Origin: Longimicrobiales bacterium | Lineage (GTDB): Bacteria; Gemmatimonadota; Gemmatimonadetes; Longimicrobiales; Gaopeijiaceae | Direction of reading: 5' to 3' | DNA length: 64,000 nt | Assembly: GCA_963422615.1 (NCBI GenBank) | Contig: OY730414.1 | Location: 434,001-498,000 of the forward strand | Shown here: positions 48,854-58,681 of the stretch, in pieces | How positions within the stretch are numbered: position 1 is the stretch's first letter | Layout of the letters: each line of letters begins with the position of its first letter | Position numbers and translations under genes: made by a program | The notes under the pieces: model-generated | The model's database searches: none | What the model was told of the DNA's origin: nothing | The model's input: the letters and a program-made list of their open reading frames with translations, nothing else

Positions 48854-49756
48854 TCAGCTATCCGAATGCTTCCTTCCTCTCAAAGGAGGCGTGACGATCG
48901 ACAGGGGATCTACAGGCCTGCCGTAGCGGAGTATTTCAAAATGAAGGTGGGGCGCTGTGGATCTCCCCGTCGAACCGGACAACGCGATCACCTCCCCCTG
49001 CCGGACCATCCGGCCTCGGTCCACGGCCAGTACACTGGCGTGGCCGTAGAGGCTCCGCACGCCGTTGCCGTGGTCAATGAGCACGAAGAGACCATAAACA
49101 GGATCTTCCGCGGCATCAACGACTTCACCGCTTCCGGCCGCCCGCACGTAAGAACCGGCGGGAACAGCGATATCAATCCCCGGGTGTTCGCCATCGGCTT
49201 GTTCAAGAAGGGGCCGAGTTATGAAGCCGGGCACGGTCAAGGGCCAAGCGGTCGGTTCCTCCGTCGCCTCCGCCCTGGGGAGACGTCCCCCTCTTTCGGT
49301 CGCGGACCCTCGGGTTCGGGCAAGCCAGAAATCGGATTCCAAAGGATCGGAACGGATCAGCACATTGCGGATCACTTGATGCCGTTCTTCTAGCTCCGCC
49401 AGTTTTCGGGCAAGGTCCTCCAGTTCCAGTCCGGCAGTAACCTGACGTTCTATTTCGTCGGACGCCGCCGCTTTCCGGGCAAGGGGCACCCAGCTCGCAG
49501 TCATTCCCACAAACCCAACACCCAGCAGGGCAACCAAAATGACGACGGTCTGGATCCGGCGGTGGGAAAAAGTGTAGGTGCGCGACAAATTCTCTGAACC
49601 TTCGGAAACCAACACAACGGTCAGCCTGCGTTTTTCGCTCCGCTTCACCCTTTCCCTTACCACAGCCTTGACGCCCTCCGATCTTAATCCAACCCGCCCA
49701 GCGACTTTCGTCCACGACAGTGCCACATAGTGAGGCGCCGCTCCTCCCGCAACCAC
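48854..49756 (-). CDS. M23 family peptidoglycan endopeptidase (TM, coiled coil, M23 domain)
   Basis: Motifs HPGIDIA, YGH and GSTGRSTAPHLHFEI. True start probably somewhat downstream of 49756. Confidence 0.88.
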   Translation of the reverse strand: MVAGGAAPHYVALSWTKVAGRVGLRSEGVKAVVRERVKRSEKRRLTVVLVSEGSENLSRTYTFSHRRIQTVVILVALLGVGFVGMTASWVPLARKAAASDEIERQVTAGLELEDLARKLAELEERHQVIRNVLIRSDPLESDFWLARTRGSATERGGRLPRAEATEEPTAWPLTVPGFITRPLLEQADGEHPGIDIAVPAGSYVRAAGSGEVVDAAEDPVYGLFVLIDHGNGVRSLYGHASVLAVDRGRMVRQGEVIALSGSTGRSTAPHLHFEILRYGRPVDPLSIVTPPLRGRKHSDS

Positions 49757-49759
49757 CCC

Positions 49760-50686
49760 TCAATCATTGATGATGTCTGCTACGTCCTTCCCCGTCATGG
49801 CCAGAAACACGCGCTCAAGCTCTCGAGCTCCCTGGAAGTGAATGCGGATGGCGCCGCTACTGTTGTTTTTCCACTGGATCGCCACTCTGGCTTCCAAGTG
49901 TCCTTCAAGTGCCTCTTCCATGGCTTCGACGGCCGGATCCCTTTTCCCCCGCTGCGGGAGTTTCTCCGATACGCGTACCCGCCGCGCCGTCCCTCCGTCC
50001 ACAGTTTCGCGAACCCGCTTTTCCGTCTCCCGGACCGACCACGAGTCGGCCACCGCCGTCCGGGCCAAGTTGGCGGCTCGTACCGGATCCTCCACGGAAA
50101 GAATCGCCCGGGCGTGCCCCATGGTAAGCGATCCTTCCTCCAATAGACGGCGAACCGAAGGCGGCAGCCCGAGGAGGCGGAGCATATTGGCTACGGTCGA
50201 CCTTTTCCTTCCGACCGCTTCTGCGATCCTGGCCTGGGTGATACCGAATTTATCCCGAAGAATTTCATATCCCCTCGCCTCTTCCAAGGGACTCAAGTCC
50301 TCCCGCTGGATGTTCTCGACGAGTGCCAGAATCAACAGGGTCTGGTCGTCTACGTCACGGACTTGAACTGGAATCTCTGTCCAGCCCAACTGCTTGACCG
50401 CCCTCAACCGTCGTTCGCCGGCTACGAGCTCGTAACTTCGTCCCGACGGGGACTTGCGCGCCACGATCGGCTGGATGAGGCCACTTGCCTTGATCGATGC
50501 GGCGAGCTCGGCCAGTTCCTGGGGCTGGAACTTCCTTCGGGGCTGGAAGGGATTGGGCACGATGGCCCGAACGGGCAAGGTCACCGACGCAGTCCCTTTC
50601 CCGCCAGGAGCAAGGGGCTCCTGCATGTATTCCCCGAGAAGGGCACCGAGGCCCCGGCCGAGGCGATCCGTTCCACTCATGTCCAC
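49760..50686 (-). CDS. parB: Chromosome partitioning protein ParB
   Basis: Motifs LGRGLGAL, NPFQPR, VAGERRLRA, ENIQREDL and RSTVANMLRLL. Confidence 0.95.
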   Translation of the reverse strand: MDMSGTDRLGRGLGALLGEYMQEPLAPGGKGTASVTLPVRAIVPNPFQPRRKFQPQELAELAASIKASGLIQPIVARKSPSGRSYELVAGERRLRAVKQLGWTEIPVQVRDVDDQTLLILALVENIQREDLSPLEEARGYEILRDKFGITQARIAEAVGRKRSTVANMLRLLGLPPSVRRLLEEGSLTMGHARAILSVEDPVRAANLARTAVADSWSVRETEKRVRETVDGGTARRVRVSEKLPQRGKRDPAVEAMEEALEGHLEARVAIQWKNNSSGAIRIHFQGARELERVFLAMTGKDVADIIND

Positions 50687-51477
50687 GCCACGCCTGAGGG
50701 TGACTGCGACTTCGCGTTGGCCCCCAGTTCCCTGGCCAGGGCCGCGTACTGACGGGCCCCGGCCGAAGACGGTGCATAGTCAACAACGGCAACCCCGAAC
50801 CCAGGTGCTTCCGCAACGCTGACATTCCGAGGAATCACCGTCTCGAAGACTTGTCCGCCGAAGTACTTCTTCGCCTCGGTGGCAACTTGGCGGGAGAGAT
50901 TCAGCCTGGGGTCGTACATGGTCAGCAGAACCCCCTCGATCGCCAAGCCAGGATTCAGGTTGCGCTGGACCAAACGGACCGTGTTCAGCAGTTGGGACAG
51001 GCCTTCCAGCGCGTAAAACTCGCATTGGATCGGGATCAGAACCGAATCGGCAGCGGCCAGCGTGTTCAGGGTCAGGAGCCCTAGGGATGGCGGGCAATCG
51101 ATGAAAATGTACGCGTAGTCCCCTACAATCGGAGCCAGGGCTTCCCTGAGGATCGTTTCTCGTTCCTGCACGCCCACGAGTTCCACTTCCGCTCCCACCA
51201 GATCTCGGTTTGCCGGAAGGACATCCAGGGTCGGCTGCCCCGCAACGCTTTTGCGGATGGCCTTGACCGCCGGGAGGCCCCGAATGAGAACGTCGTAGAT
51301 CGTCGGAGAACCATTCCGATTCACGAGCCCGAAGCCGCTGGAAGCATTTCCTTGCGGATCAATATCCACGATGAGGACCGGGGTACGATCCCGAGCCAGC
51401 GCCGCTCCCAAGTTCACGGCCGTCGTGGTCTTTCCCACACCACCCTTCTGATTTGCAAGCGCGATAATCCGCGTCAC
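50677..51477 (-). CDS. parA: Chromosome partitioning ATPase ParA/Soj
   Basis: Motifs NQKGGVGKTTT, DIDPQGNAS, IDCPPSLG, QCEFYALEG and IPRNV. Confidence 0.95.
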   Translation of the reverse strand: MTRIIALANQKGGVGKTTTAVNLGAALARDRTPVLIVDIDPQGNASSGFGLVNRNGSPTIYDVLIRGLPAVKAIRKSVAGQPTLDVLPANRDLVGAEVELVGVQERETILREALAPIVGDYAYIFIDCPPSLGLLTLNTLAAADSVLIPIQCEFYALEGLSQLLNTVRLVQRNLNPGLAIEGVLLTMYDPRLNLSRQVATEAKKYFGGQVFETVIPRNVSVAEAPGFGVAVVDYAPSSAGARQYAALARELGANAKSQSPSGVAWT

Positions 51478-51573
51478 CCGTTGTCCTCCGGGTCATGGCC
51501 ATGGGTAGGAAGCGCCGCCGGCCCCAAGAAAGGGCATAAGGTCGGGATGGGGACTCAAAATCTAGCGATGAGA

Positions 51574-51589
51574 TGTTCCACGTGGAACT
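51574..51589. promoter_or_regulatory. parS site 1
   Basis: TGTTCCACGTGGAACT, a near-perfect match to the parS palindrome TGTTNCACGTGNAACA, about 100 bp upstream of parA. Confidence 0.85.
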
Positions 51590-51653
51590 AGCCGGGAGAC
51601 CCAGAGGACCCGCGGCAACCCAGGAAGGTAGGCACATTGCGATCCGCCGTTGC

Positions 51654-51849
51654 GGGACCGCCGGATTCGGGCGGCTTAAGGGGAACCGATGATCTTCGGA
51701 CTTTGGGGCCGTCTCCCCGTACCTGCCAGATGCATCAGATCTACGAGGCGTGCTTCGGTCCGATGCGCACCAGAAGTGATCGCCGCACTCTTCTCCGCCG
51801 CTGGTTCAGGACCTTTCGGCCCGCCCCGGTACTCTTGCGTGCTCAAAAC
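51654..51849 (-). pseudogene. Degenerate duplicate of the rpmH 3' part and rnpA 5' part
   Basis: Direct-orientation copy of 58249-58442. It translates F*ARKSTGAGRKVLNQRRRRVRRSLLVRIGPKHAS*, versus Rpm[36 protein letters not shown]. Confidence 0.85.
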
Positions 51850-52383
51850 TGATCAGCAGGCTTCCCGTTAACCAGAAACATCTTCCGGACCTGGATCCAG
51901 ATGCGGACGCAGTCACCCGGCTCTTCAAGGACGCTCAAAGGTGCCCCTGCCCAGTTAACGGGAGTCATTTTCCCGCGCCACCATGCTGGCGATTGTCTCC
52001 TTGTTGGCCGACGGATCGCCAAGGATTGAGGAGTCGGCCCCACCCATGATCAACCCATGACCCTCCGTACACGCCACGAACGTTGGCTGGAAGCAACGAG
52101 GGCCGGGAATGACGCCACATTGAAGGTCCGTTTCTGTCGCGCATCACTTCTCCGGCCACGCAGTTCATCAGCGCGGGCCCAATCCCCCTGGCCAACCTCG
52201 GAGCCCCCCCAAGCGAGGGGTATGGAAGCGCCTCGGGGGCCCCCACGAGCACCTTGGGGCCTCCACCAGCATAAGGTGTGGAAGCGAACATTCGGCCTTG
52301 GGTAATTTGCCTCTGTCTCCACCCCTATCCCGGCGGGGTGAGGAGGGGCAACAACGGCCAATGAGTGAAGGGCATCCCGTCGG

Positions 52384-52399
52384 TGTTTCACGTGGAACA
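52384..52399. promoter_or_regulatory. parS site 2
   Basis: TGTTTCACGTGGAACA, downstream of mnmG. Confidence 0.9.
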
Positions 52400-52519
52400 T
52401 CCTCGCGGCAGAAGCTGGGCCTATCTTGGCGCGAACCCGCCAGAAAAGGAGCTTCGCGCAAGCCGCCGGGAAGCGGAGACCTGCAGTTAGACGCACGCCG
52501 GCTGGGTGAGGGAGAAACT

Positions 52520-54442
52520 TCAGGATTTTGCTTCCCCGACGCCCATGGACGACGGGACGGCGACTCTTTCTCTTGAAGCGGCCGCACCCATCCGCCGGAG
52601 CTCCATGACCAGATTTTGGAGGTCGGCAGGGGATACGCCCGGAATTCGCCCGGCCTGTGCCAAGCTCCCCGGGCGGACCCGGGCCAGCTTCTGGCGTGCT
52701 TCCGTGGACAGAGTTGTGAAGCTGGCAAACGGGGCATCGTCAGGAATCTTGAAGCTCGCCTGCCGCCTGATCGTCTTTGCCCGTTCCGCCTCCCGACGAA
52801 CGTATCCTTCGTACTTCGTCTCAACTTCAATGGCGACCAGGGCGTCTGCATCGAAGTTCGGGTTGCCGTCCCGAGCGTCCACAAGGCTCCGGGCGGTCAC
52901 CCCCGGGCGGCGCAGAAGCTCTCGAGCTCGGGTGGGGACTGCAACCGGGGTCGTCCCGGCATTCTCCAGCACCGAGTTGACCGTTGCGGGGGGAAGAGCC
53001 GTATCGCGAAACCAGGCAGCAACCCGGTTCTCTTCGGCAAGCCGGGCCTCGAGGGCCCTCTCCTGGTTGGCCGTGAGTAGTCCAGCGTAGCGGGCCAGGA
53101 TCCCGAGTCGGCGGGGACTGTTGTCCTGCCGGAGCAGAAGGCGGTACTCCGCCCGGGAAGTGAACAGCCGGTAGGGTTCGTCGACCCCCTTGGTTACGAG
53201 ATCATCGATGAGAACGCCGATGAACCCCTGGTCCCGCTCCACCGTGAAGGGATCCATCCCCTGTACCGCCAAGCCGGCGTTGGCACCCGCGATTAGCCCC
53301 TGACCGGCAGCTTCTTCGTACCCGGTGGTTCCGTTGATCTGGCCAGCAAAGTAGAGCCCGGGAAGGGCTCTGACTTCCAGCGTGTGGCGAAGTTGGTAAG
53401 GCGGAAAGTAATCGTACTCAATGGCGTACCCCGCTCGAGTCATTTTTGCTTCTTCCAGGCCCGGTACGGACCGTAGGAAGGCCAACTGAACCTCGGGAGG
53501 GAGGGAAGTGGACAGTCCGTTGACATACAGCTCCGTCGTGTCCAGACCCTCCGGCTCCAGGAATACTTGGTGTCGGGAAGCGTGAGGAAAGCGCACCACC
53601 TTGTCTTCGATGGACGGGCAGTAACGGGGGCCCCGGCCGGCAATTTCCCCACCGTAGAGGGCACTCCGGGAAAGGTTTCGAGTGACGATCTCTTGCAGCG
53701 CCGGACCGGTCCACGTGATCCAGCACGGGAGCTGATCCGGATGTGGTTCCCGGGTGTAAGAGCAGAAGCGGAAGGGCTCCCGGTCTCCGTCCTGGCGCTG
53801 GCACCGGGAATAATCAACGGTTCGGCCGTCGATTCGGGGGGGAGTTCCCGTCTTGAACCGGGCAACCTCAAGTCCCTGCGTCTCCAAGGCTTTCGCGAGT
53901 TCGGTTGACGGCGCCTCCCCGGCGCGTCCTGCTCCCTGCGCCCCGGTCCCCCCCAGGTGGATCCTGCCCCGGAGGAAGGTCCCCGTCGTAACGACCACCG
54001 CAGATCCTTCGAAGGTAACGCCCCCGCGGGTCACAACCCCCTGCACCCGACCCCCATCGAAGCAAAGGCCCGTAACCATGTCCTGAAAGAGGTCCAAGTT
54101 CTCCAGTCCGTCCAGGATACGCCGGACAGCAACCGGGTAGCGAGACCGGTCGCATTGGGCCCGGGGGCCCCAAACTGCCGGACCCTTGGACCGGTTCAGC
54201 ATGCGGAACTGTATGCGGGACGCGTCTGTGGCCTGGGCCATGACGCCGCCCAATGCTCCCACTTCTCGAGCGACGGTTCCTTTTGCGACTCCGCCGATCG
54301 CCGGGTTGCAGCTCATCTGTGCGATTCGGGCCAGATCCGGCGTGACCAGGACGGTTCGAGCTCCCAATCGGGCCGCCGCCGCCCCCGCTTCGGCCCCGGC
54401 GTGGCCTCCGCCCACCACGATTACGTCGTAACGAAGCTCCAT
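52520..54442 (-). CDS. mnmG: tRNA uridine-5-carboxymethylaminomethyl modification enzyme MnmG (GidA)
   Basis: Motifs VGGGHAG, MSCNPAIGG, KTGTPPR, GPRYCPSIEDK, AGQINGTTGYEEAA and FTSRAEYRL. Confidence 0.96.
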   Translation of the reverse strand: MELRYDVIVVGGGHAGAEAGAAAARLGARTVLVTPDLARIAQMSCNPAIGGVAKGTVAREVGALGGVMAQATDASRIQFRMLNRSKGPAVWGPRAQCDRSRYPVAVRRILDGLENLDLFQDMVTGLCFDGGRVQGVVTRGGVTFEGSAVVVTTGTFLRGRIHLGGTGAQGAGRAGEAPSTELAKALETQGLEVARFKTGTPPRIDGRTVDYSRCQRQDGDREPFRFCSYTREPHPDQLPCWITWTGPALQEIVTRNLSRSALYGGEIAGRGPRYCPSIEDKVVRFPHASRHQVFLEPEGLDTTELYVNGLSTSLPPEVQLAFLRSVPGLEEAKMTRAGYAIEYDYFPPYQLRHTLEVRALPGLYFAGQINGTTGYEEAAGQGLIAGANAGLAVQGMDPFTVERDQGFIGVLIDDLVTKGVDEPYRLFTSRAEYRLLLRQDNSPRRLGILARYAGLLTANQERALEARLAEENRVAAWFRDTALPPATVNSVLENAGTTPVAVPTRARELLRRPGVTARSLVDARDGNPNFDADALVAIEVETKYEGYVRREAERAKTIRRQASFKIPDDAPFASFTTLSTEARQKLARVRPGSLAQAGRIPGVSPADLQNLVMELRRMGAAASRERVAVPSSMGVGEAKS

Positions 54443-54616
54443 GTTCCTACCCCTTCCGCCCTCTTTTTGGAAAAAGACCGGAATCCTTGTTTCCGAGAAT
54501 CCCCACTTGAAATCTCGAAATTATGTTGCGTCGGAATCGAGGCCAGTGCACCGCCCCGGGCCTTGGGCCCGCCACCCCAGGGAACCAACCGCCGGTGCAG
54601 CGGATTGCAGAGTGCT

Positions 54617-56005
54617 TTACTTCCCGATGCAGAAGTCCTTGAAGACACGAGTGAGCACATCCTCGGTAGCGACGACGCCCAAGATGTCTTCCAGGGCCGT
54701 TTCCGCCGACCTGAGGTGTGCAGACGCCACCTCCGGGGGAACCCCCCGGGCCAGACCCCCCCCGAACTTCTCGACCTCCGCCCGAGCCTCCTTCAGGAGA
54801 CCGGCCTGCCGCCGCCCCGTGACAACCGGCACTTCGCCCAGGTTCTCGACCACGCCCTTGAACACCAAACTCCCGAGAGCGGCCTTTACCGAACCGAGTC
54901 CCTCCCCCGACTGGGCGGAAACCGGGATCTCGTTCGACCTGGGAGCTTCGCCATCCTTCGCAAGATCCCACTTCGTCTTCAACAGGATGACGGGAGACGA
55001 AAGGGATTTCAGAAACTCTTCCTCCACGTCCTCGCCACGCTCGGTGGGAGGGGAACCGGCCCGCTGCCCCGCCTCCCTACAATACAGCACCACATCAGCA
55101 GCGGAAAGGTACCGGCGAGCGACCTCGATCCCCAGCCGCTCCAGGCGATCGGTCCCCTTCCTCAGCCCCGCCGTGTCGACAATACGAAACGGAAAGCCTT
55201 CAACAGAAATCACGGCCTCGATTGCATCGCGAGTGGTCCCGGCTTCCTCCGTCACGATAGCGCGCTCCGTGCCCAGTAATGCATTGAAAAGACTGGACTT
55301 GCCAGAATTTGGAAGTCCGGCCAAAACCGCCATTGCTCCTTCGCGCAACAGCTCCCCCGCCGGGGCCGTCGCCAGGAGGCGGTCAATCTCCCGAACCACG
55401 TTTCGGGCGTCTCGGGCAATCGTTTCCAAGGGTGTGGGCGCCTCGTCCTCCTCGGGAAAGTCGATGTGCTGAACCAGGAGCGCGAAAAGCGCGATCACCC
55501 GTTCCCGGAGGGCCGCAATTCGGCGCCCCAGCCCCTGCTCGAGCTGGTGCAGTGCAACCGTGCGCCCCTTCTCGGACTTGGCCGCGACCAAGTCGGCCAC
55601 CGCCTCCGCCTGGGTGAGGTCCAGCTTGCCGTTCAGGTAGGCCCGCTGAGTAAACTCACCCGGTCTCGCCGGCCGTGCTCCCAGGCTTACGCACGCCTCC
55701 ACTACGCTTGCCGGGATTTCGTATCCGCCATGGGTCGAGATCTCCACCACATCTTCCCCCGTGTAACTCTTCGGAGCCCGGAATACGGTCACGAGCCCCC
55801 GGTCAAGGGCTTCGTCGGAGCGCGGGTGAAACAGCGTGCGAAGCCGACTTGTCCGGTCGGACCACTCGGTGTCGGCCCGGCGGGTCAGGGCGGACACGAC
55901 TTTCACGGCACAAGGTCCCGACAGACGGACGAGCGCAACGGCCCCGAATCCCGAAGGCGTCGCCCGGGCAACGATGGTGTCCAGGAGCGCACCGGACCCA
56001 CCCAC
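54617..56005 (-). CDS. mnmE: tRNA modification GTPase MnmE (TrmE)
   Basis: Motifs DTIVARAT, SYTGEDVVE, GEFTQRAYLNGK, GLPNSGKSS, GTTRD, DTAG and C-terminal FCIGK. Confidence 0.96.
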   Translation of the reverse strand: MGGSGALLDTIVARATPSGFGAVALVRLSGPCAVKVVSALTRRADTEWSDRTSRLRTLFHPRSDEALDRGLVTVFRAPKSYTGEDVVEISTHGGYEIPASVVEACVSLGARPARPGEFTQRAYLNGKLDLTQAEAVADLVAAKSEKGRTVALHQLEQGLGRRIAALRERVIALFALLVQHIDFPEEDEAPTPLETIARDARNVVREIDRLLATAPAGELLREGAMAVLAGLPNSGKSSLFNALLGTERAIVTEEAGTTRDAIEAVISVEGFPFRIVDTAGLRKGTDRLERLGIEVARRYLSAADVVLYCREAGQRAGSPPTERGEDVEEEFLKSLSSPVILLKTKWDLAKDGEAPRSNEIPVSAQSGEGLGSVKAALGSLVFKGVVENLGEVPVVTGRRQAGLLKEARAEVEKFGGGLARGVPPEVASAHLRSAETALEDILGVVATEDVLTRVFKDFCIGK

Positions 56006-56019
56006 ACCGGGAAATCCCG

Positions 56020-57723
56020 TCAGGTCCGGGATTTCAGCGGCGCTGCCGCGCTTGCTTTCTTCCGCTCTCTGGCAATCAACACCTGCTGCGGTATCGTCGC
56101 AATGTTAACCGTAGCGTAGTAGAGGTTCAGCCCCGACGCAAAGCGGAAGAAAATGACCACCATGACTACGGGCATAACATACATCATCATTTTCATCTGG
56201 GGGTTGCTCGTTCCCATCGACCTCATACTGATAAACTGCAACAAGAACATGCTGATGCCCAGGAAGAACGGCAGAATATACCACGGATCGGGAGCGGAGA
56301 GGTCCGGCAGCCAGAGGAAAGACTCTCCCCTTAGCTGAATCGTGTTTTGGAATACAAAAAAGAGCGCGATCAACATGGGCCACGGAATCAACATAGGCAA
56401 ACAACCTGCTAACGGGTTGAAGCCATGCTCCTTGTAAAGCTTCATCATCTCTTGATTCGTTCGCTTCGGATCATTTGCATACTTTGTCCGAATCTCTTGA
56501 ACCAAAGGTTGTACAGCCATGTTTCTAATCTGAGCCCGCATCGCTTTTTGATTAAGGGGCCACAGGACGACGCGCATAAGCACGCCGATAATCATCAATA
56601 CCCAACCATAGCCCAGGAGAAGCTGGTTGTGGAAAAAATTGATCGTCCACAAAATTACGCCGACGAAGGGCCGGATTACAGGACGGAAAAAGCGCCATCC
56701 ATATGGATTGACCTCTTCCAGGTCGTCCCCGATTCCCACGAGAAGCTCCCGCTCCATCGGTCCCAGGAAAGTCCGGTAGGCGTATGTCCCCGACGGGGTG
56801 ACCGGTACATCGACCCGGATCGACGCCCTTCCTTCTTCAGGGCCCGGAGCGGCCCAGACACTCCCGAGGAGGTCGCCTCGGTTCCCGCCCCCGGGGAGCA
56901 CGGCGTGGAGGAAAAACTTGCTCTTGACCGCAGCCCACCGAAGGGGCCCCTCCAGTACATCCGGTTCCTTCACCCGCGACATGGGACGTGACTTGATCCC
57001 TTCGTCGGGATGGTGGCCCGAAAAGGCCATCATCCGAAGGTCTTCCTGCTCCCGCACTTCGTTGAGGGCGAGCCCCGGCCCCAGGTCCACGCGAAGAATG
57101 CTGGCGCGCGCGCCGGTACCTAGCCCCGGCAGTTCACCCTCAACCTGGACGATGTAGGAATCGGGAGAAAAGGTGTAACGGATTTCGCTGAAGAACGAGC
57201 CACCCGGATGGTCGTAACGGAAAGTAAGGGTTCGGGGTCCGTCCCCTTCGGCCAAGCGGATTCCACCTTCGGGGGTTACGGTGTGGGGAAAACGGGTCAG
57301 GTCCACCGAATCGGAACCCACCTCGATCCAGCGCCCCCCGAGGACCGCTGCTGCCGCTGGAACCAGCTCAACGAATCCATCCCGCGTGAAGGACGGGTAC
57401 TCGGACAACCGGATGGAGCGGGCAGTCGCACCATAGCTGGAGAACGACATCCGGTAGAGGGGGCCTTCCACCCAAACGAGTTCCTCCGGGACGTCCCCGG
57501 CATCCGGAACATCATTGGGTATTTCCGGAGTCAAACGGTCGGTCACCCGGGATCTCCTTTCCGGAAACTCCAACTCCTCCCCCGAGAGGGACGGATCCAC
57601 CGGTCCGGGCTCCGCCGTTTCCTCCTCAGGTGGGGGCGGCGGCGGAAAAAGAACGTTCGTTCCCACGACGACGGCCATCATCAGGGTCACCGCTAAAAAG
57701 AACCGCCCCATTTCGGGCTTCAT
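56020..57723 (-). CDS. yidC: Membrane protein insertase YidC
   Basis: N-terminal TM and periplasmic domain, [13 protein letters not shown] and [12 protein letters not shown]. Confidence 0.95.
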   Translation of the reverse strand: MKPEMGRFFLAVTLMMAVVVGTNVLFPPPPPPEEETAEPGPVDPSLSGEELEFPERRSRVTDRLTPEIPNDVPDAGDVPEELVWVEGPLYRMSFSSYGATARSIRLSEYPSFTRDGFVELVPAAAAVLGGRWIEVGSDSVDLTRFPHTVTPEGGIRLAEGDGPRTLTFRYDHPGGSFFSEIRYTFSPDSYIVQVEGELPGLGTGARASILRVDLGPGLALNEVREQEDLRMMAFSGHHPDEGIKSRPMSRVKEPDVLEGPLRWAAVKSKFFLHAVLPGGGNRGDLLGSVWAAPGPEEGRASIRVDVPVTPSGTYAYRTFLGPMERELLVGIGDDLEEVNPYGWRFFRPVIRPFVGVILWTINFFHNQLLLGYGWVLMIIGVLMRVVLWPLNQKAMRAQIRNMAVQPLVQEIRTKYANDPKRTNQEMMKLYKEHGFNPLAGCLPMLIPWPMLIALFFVFQNTIQLRGESFLWLPDLSAPDPWYILPFFLGISMFLLQFISMRSMGTSNPQMKMMMYVMPVVMVVIFFRFASGLNLYYATVNIATIPQQVLIARERKKASAAAPLKSRT

Positions 57724-57953
57724 CGTCCCCGAACCTCCCTTTCAGGCACCGGATCAACCCCAGAGCCGCCCCACGGATGACATCTTCCGATTCGTCTCAG
57801 GGTCAACCATCCCCCCTGCACCGGCCCGTGGCGTTCAACCGCTTGAATGGCGTATTCGGAGCAGGTGGGCCAGTATCGACATGCGGCCGGCGTGACCCCG
57901 GAAACCCACCGCTGGTAGAACCGAATCACACCCACTATCACGCGCCCGAGCAT
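57720..57953 (-). CDS. yidD: Membrane protein insertion efficiency factor YidD
   Basis: [28 protein letters not shown]. Confidence 0.93.
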   Translation of the reverse strand: MLGRVIVGVIRFYQRWVSGVTPAACRYWPTCSEYAIQAVERHGPVQGGWLTLRRIGRCHPWGGSGVDPVPEREVRGR

Positions 57954-58327
57954 ACCGCCTCCACCACCCCGGCCAACTCTCCTTCCAGCTGCTTGTACGT
58001 AGCCCCGTAGGCTCCTCTTCTCGCCCTCACCAGTATATCGGCGTTCCGCTTCGCCTCATGCAGGCGGACTAGGACTCGCCTGCGACCAATCTCCTTCAGC
58101 CGACGCTTGAGCCGGTTTCTCGCGACGATTCCGTGGCCCAGCTTGGGGACGACGCAACCCATGCGGGGACGGGAAGAGGGAAGAACGTAGACATGCAATG
58201 CCGGGGTCTTCACTCGCTTTCCTCGACGGAAAACGGTCTTGATGTCCTGGGACCGCCGGATTCGAGCGGCCCTGGGGAACCGATGATCTTCGGACCCGGT
58301 GCCCTCCCCCGTACCTGCCGGATGCAT
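57938..58327 (-). CDS. rnpA: Ribonuclease P protein component
   Basis: [19 protein letters not shown] motif [12 protein letters not shown], and canonical position. Confidence 0.92.
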   Translation of the reverse strand: MHPAGTGEGTGSEDHRFPRAARIRRSQDIKTVFRRGKRVKTPALHVYVLPSSRPRMGCVVPKLGHGIVARNRLKRRLKEIGRRRVLVRLHEAKRNADILVRARRGAYGATYKQLEGELAGVVEAVCSGA

Positions 58328-58333
58328 CCGGGT

Positions 58334-58492
58334 TTACGAGGCGTACTTCGATCCGATGCGCACCACAAGTGATCGCCGCCCTCTTCTCCGCCGCCGGTTC
58401 AGGACCTTTCGGCCCGCCTTGGTACTCATGCGTGCTCGAAACCCGTGCTTGTTCAAGCGCTTGCGATTCCGGGGCCTGTATGTCGGTTTCAT
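58334..58492 (-). CDS. rpmH: 50S ribosomal protein L34
   Basis: Manual translation (52 aa, below the ORF-track cutoff): [52 protein letters not shown]. Confidence 0.96.
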   Translation of the reverse strand: MKPTYRPRNRKRLNKHGFRARMSTKAGRKVLNRRRRRGRRSLVVRIGSKYAS

Positions 58493-58578
58493 CTGTCAAA
58501 TCGCTGCCTGTCTCTGACGGGCATCCGTCCGGGAAGGAGGAGGGTCCTTGAACGGCCGGACCCTTGCTGGACCCTTGG

Positions 58579-58608
58579 AAGCTATTGGCTTGCCCCGGAG
58601 CGGGTCAA
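58579..58608 (-). promoter_or_regulatory. Putative sigma70 promoter of the rpmH operon
   Basis: Minus strand TTGACC-N18-TAGCTT. Confidence 0.55.
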
Positions 58609-58623
58609 CACGGTACGTCAAGA

Positions 58624-58652
58624 TTGACCCCGGCCCGGTGTCGGGGTAGCTT
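58624..58652 (+). promoter_or_regulatory. Putative sigma70 promoter of dnaA
   Basis: TTGACC-N17-TAGCTT, about 30 nt before the open dnaA frame. Confidence 0.6.
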
Positions 58653-58681
58653 GCCGGTCCTTTTCCTTCCGACGATGAGGA

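Noticed and set aside
51654..51849. rpmH duplicate as a DGR template/variable repeat pair or a functional L34 paralog
   Set aside because: Substitutions are not adenine-specific, no reverse transcriptase is in the window, and the copy lacks the 5' end and has a nonsense codon.
52050..52496. 148-aa ORF in the mnmG-parA gap as a possible rsmG
   Set aside because: No methyltransferase motifs; MFHVKH is simply the translated parS palindrome.
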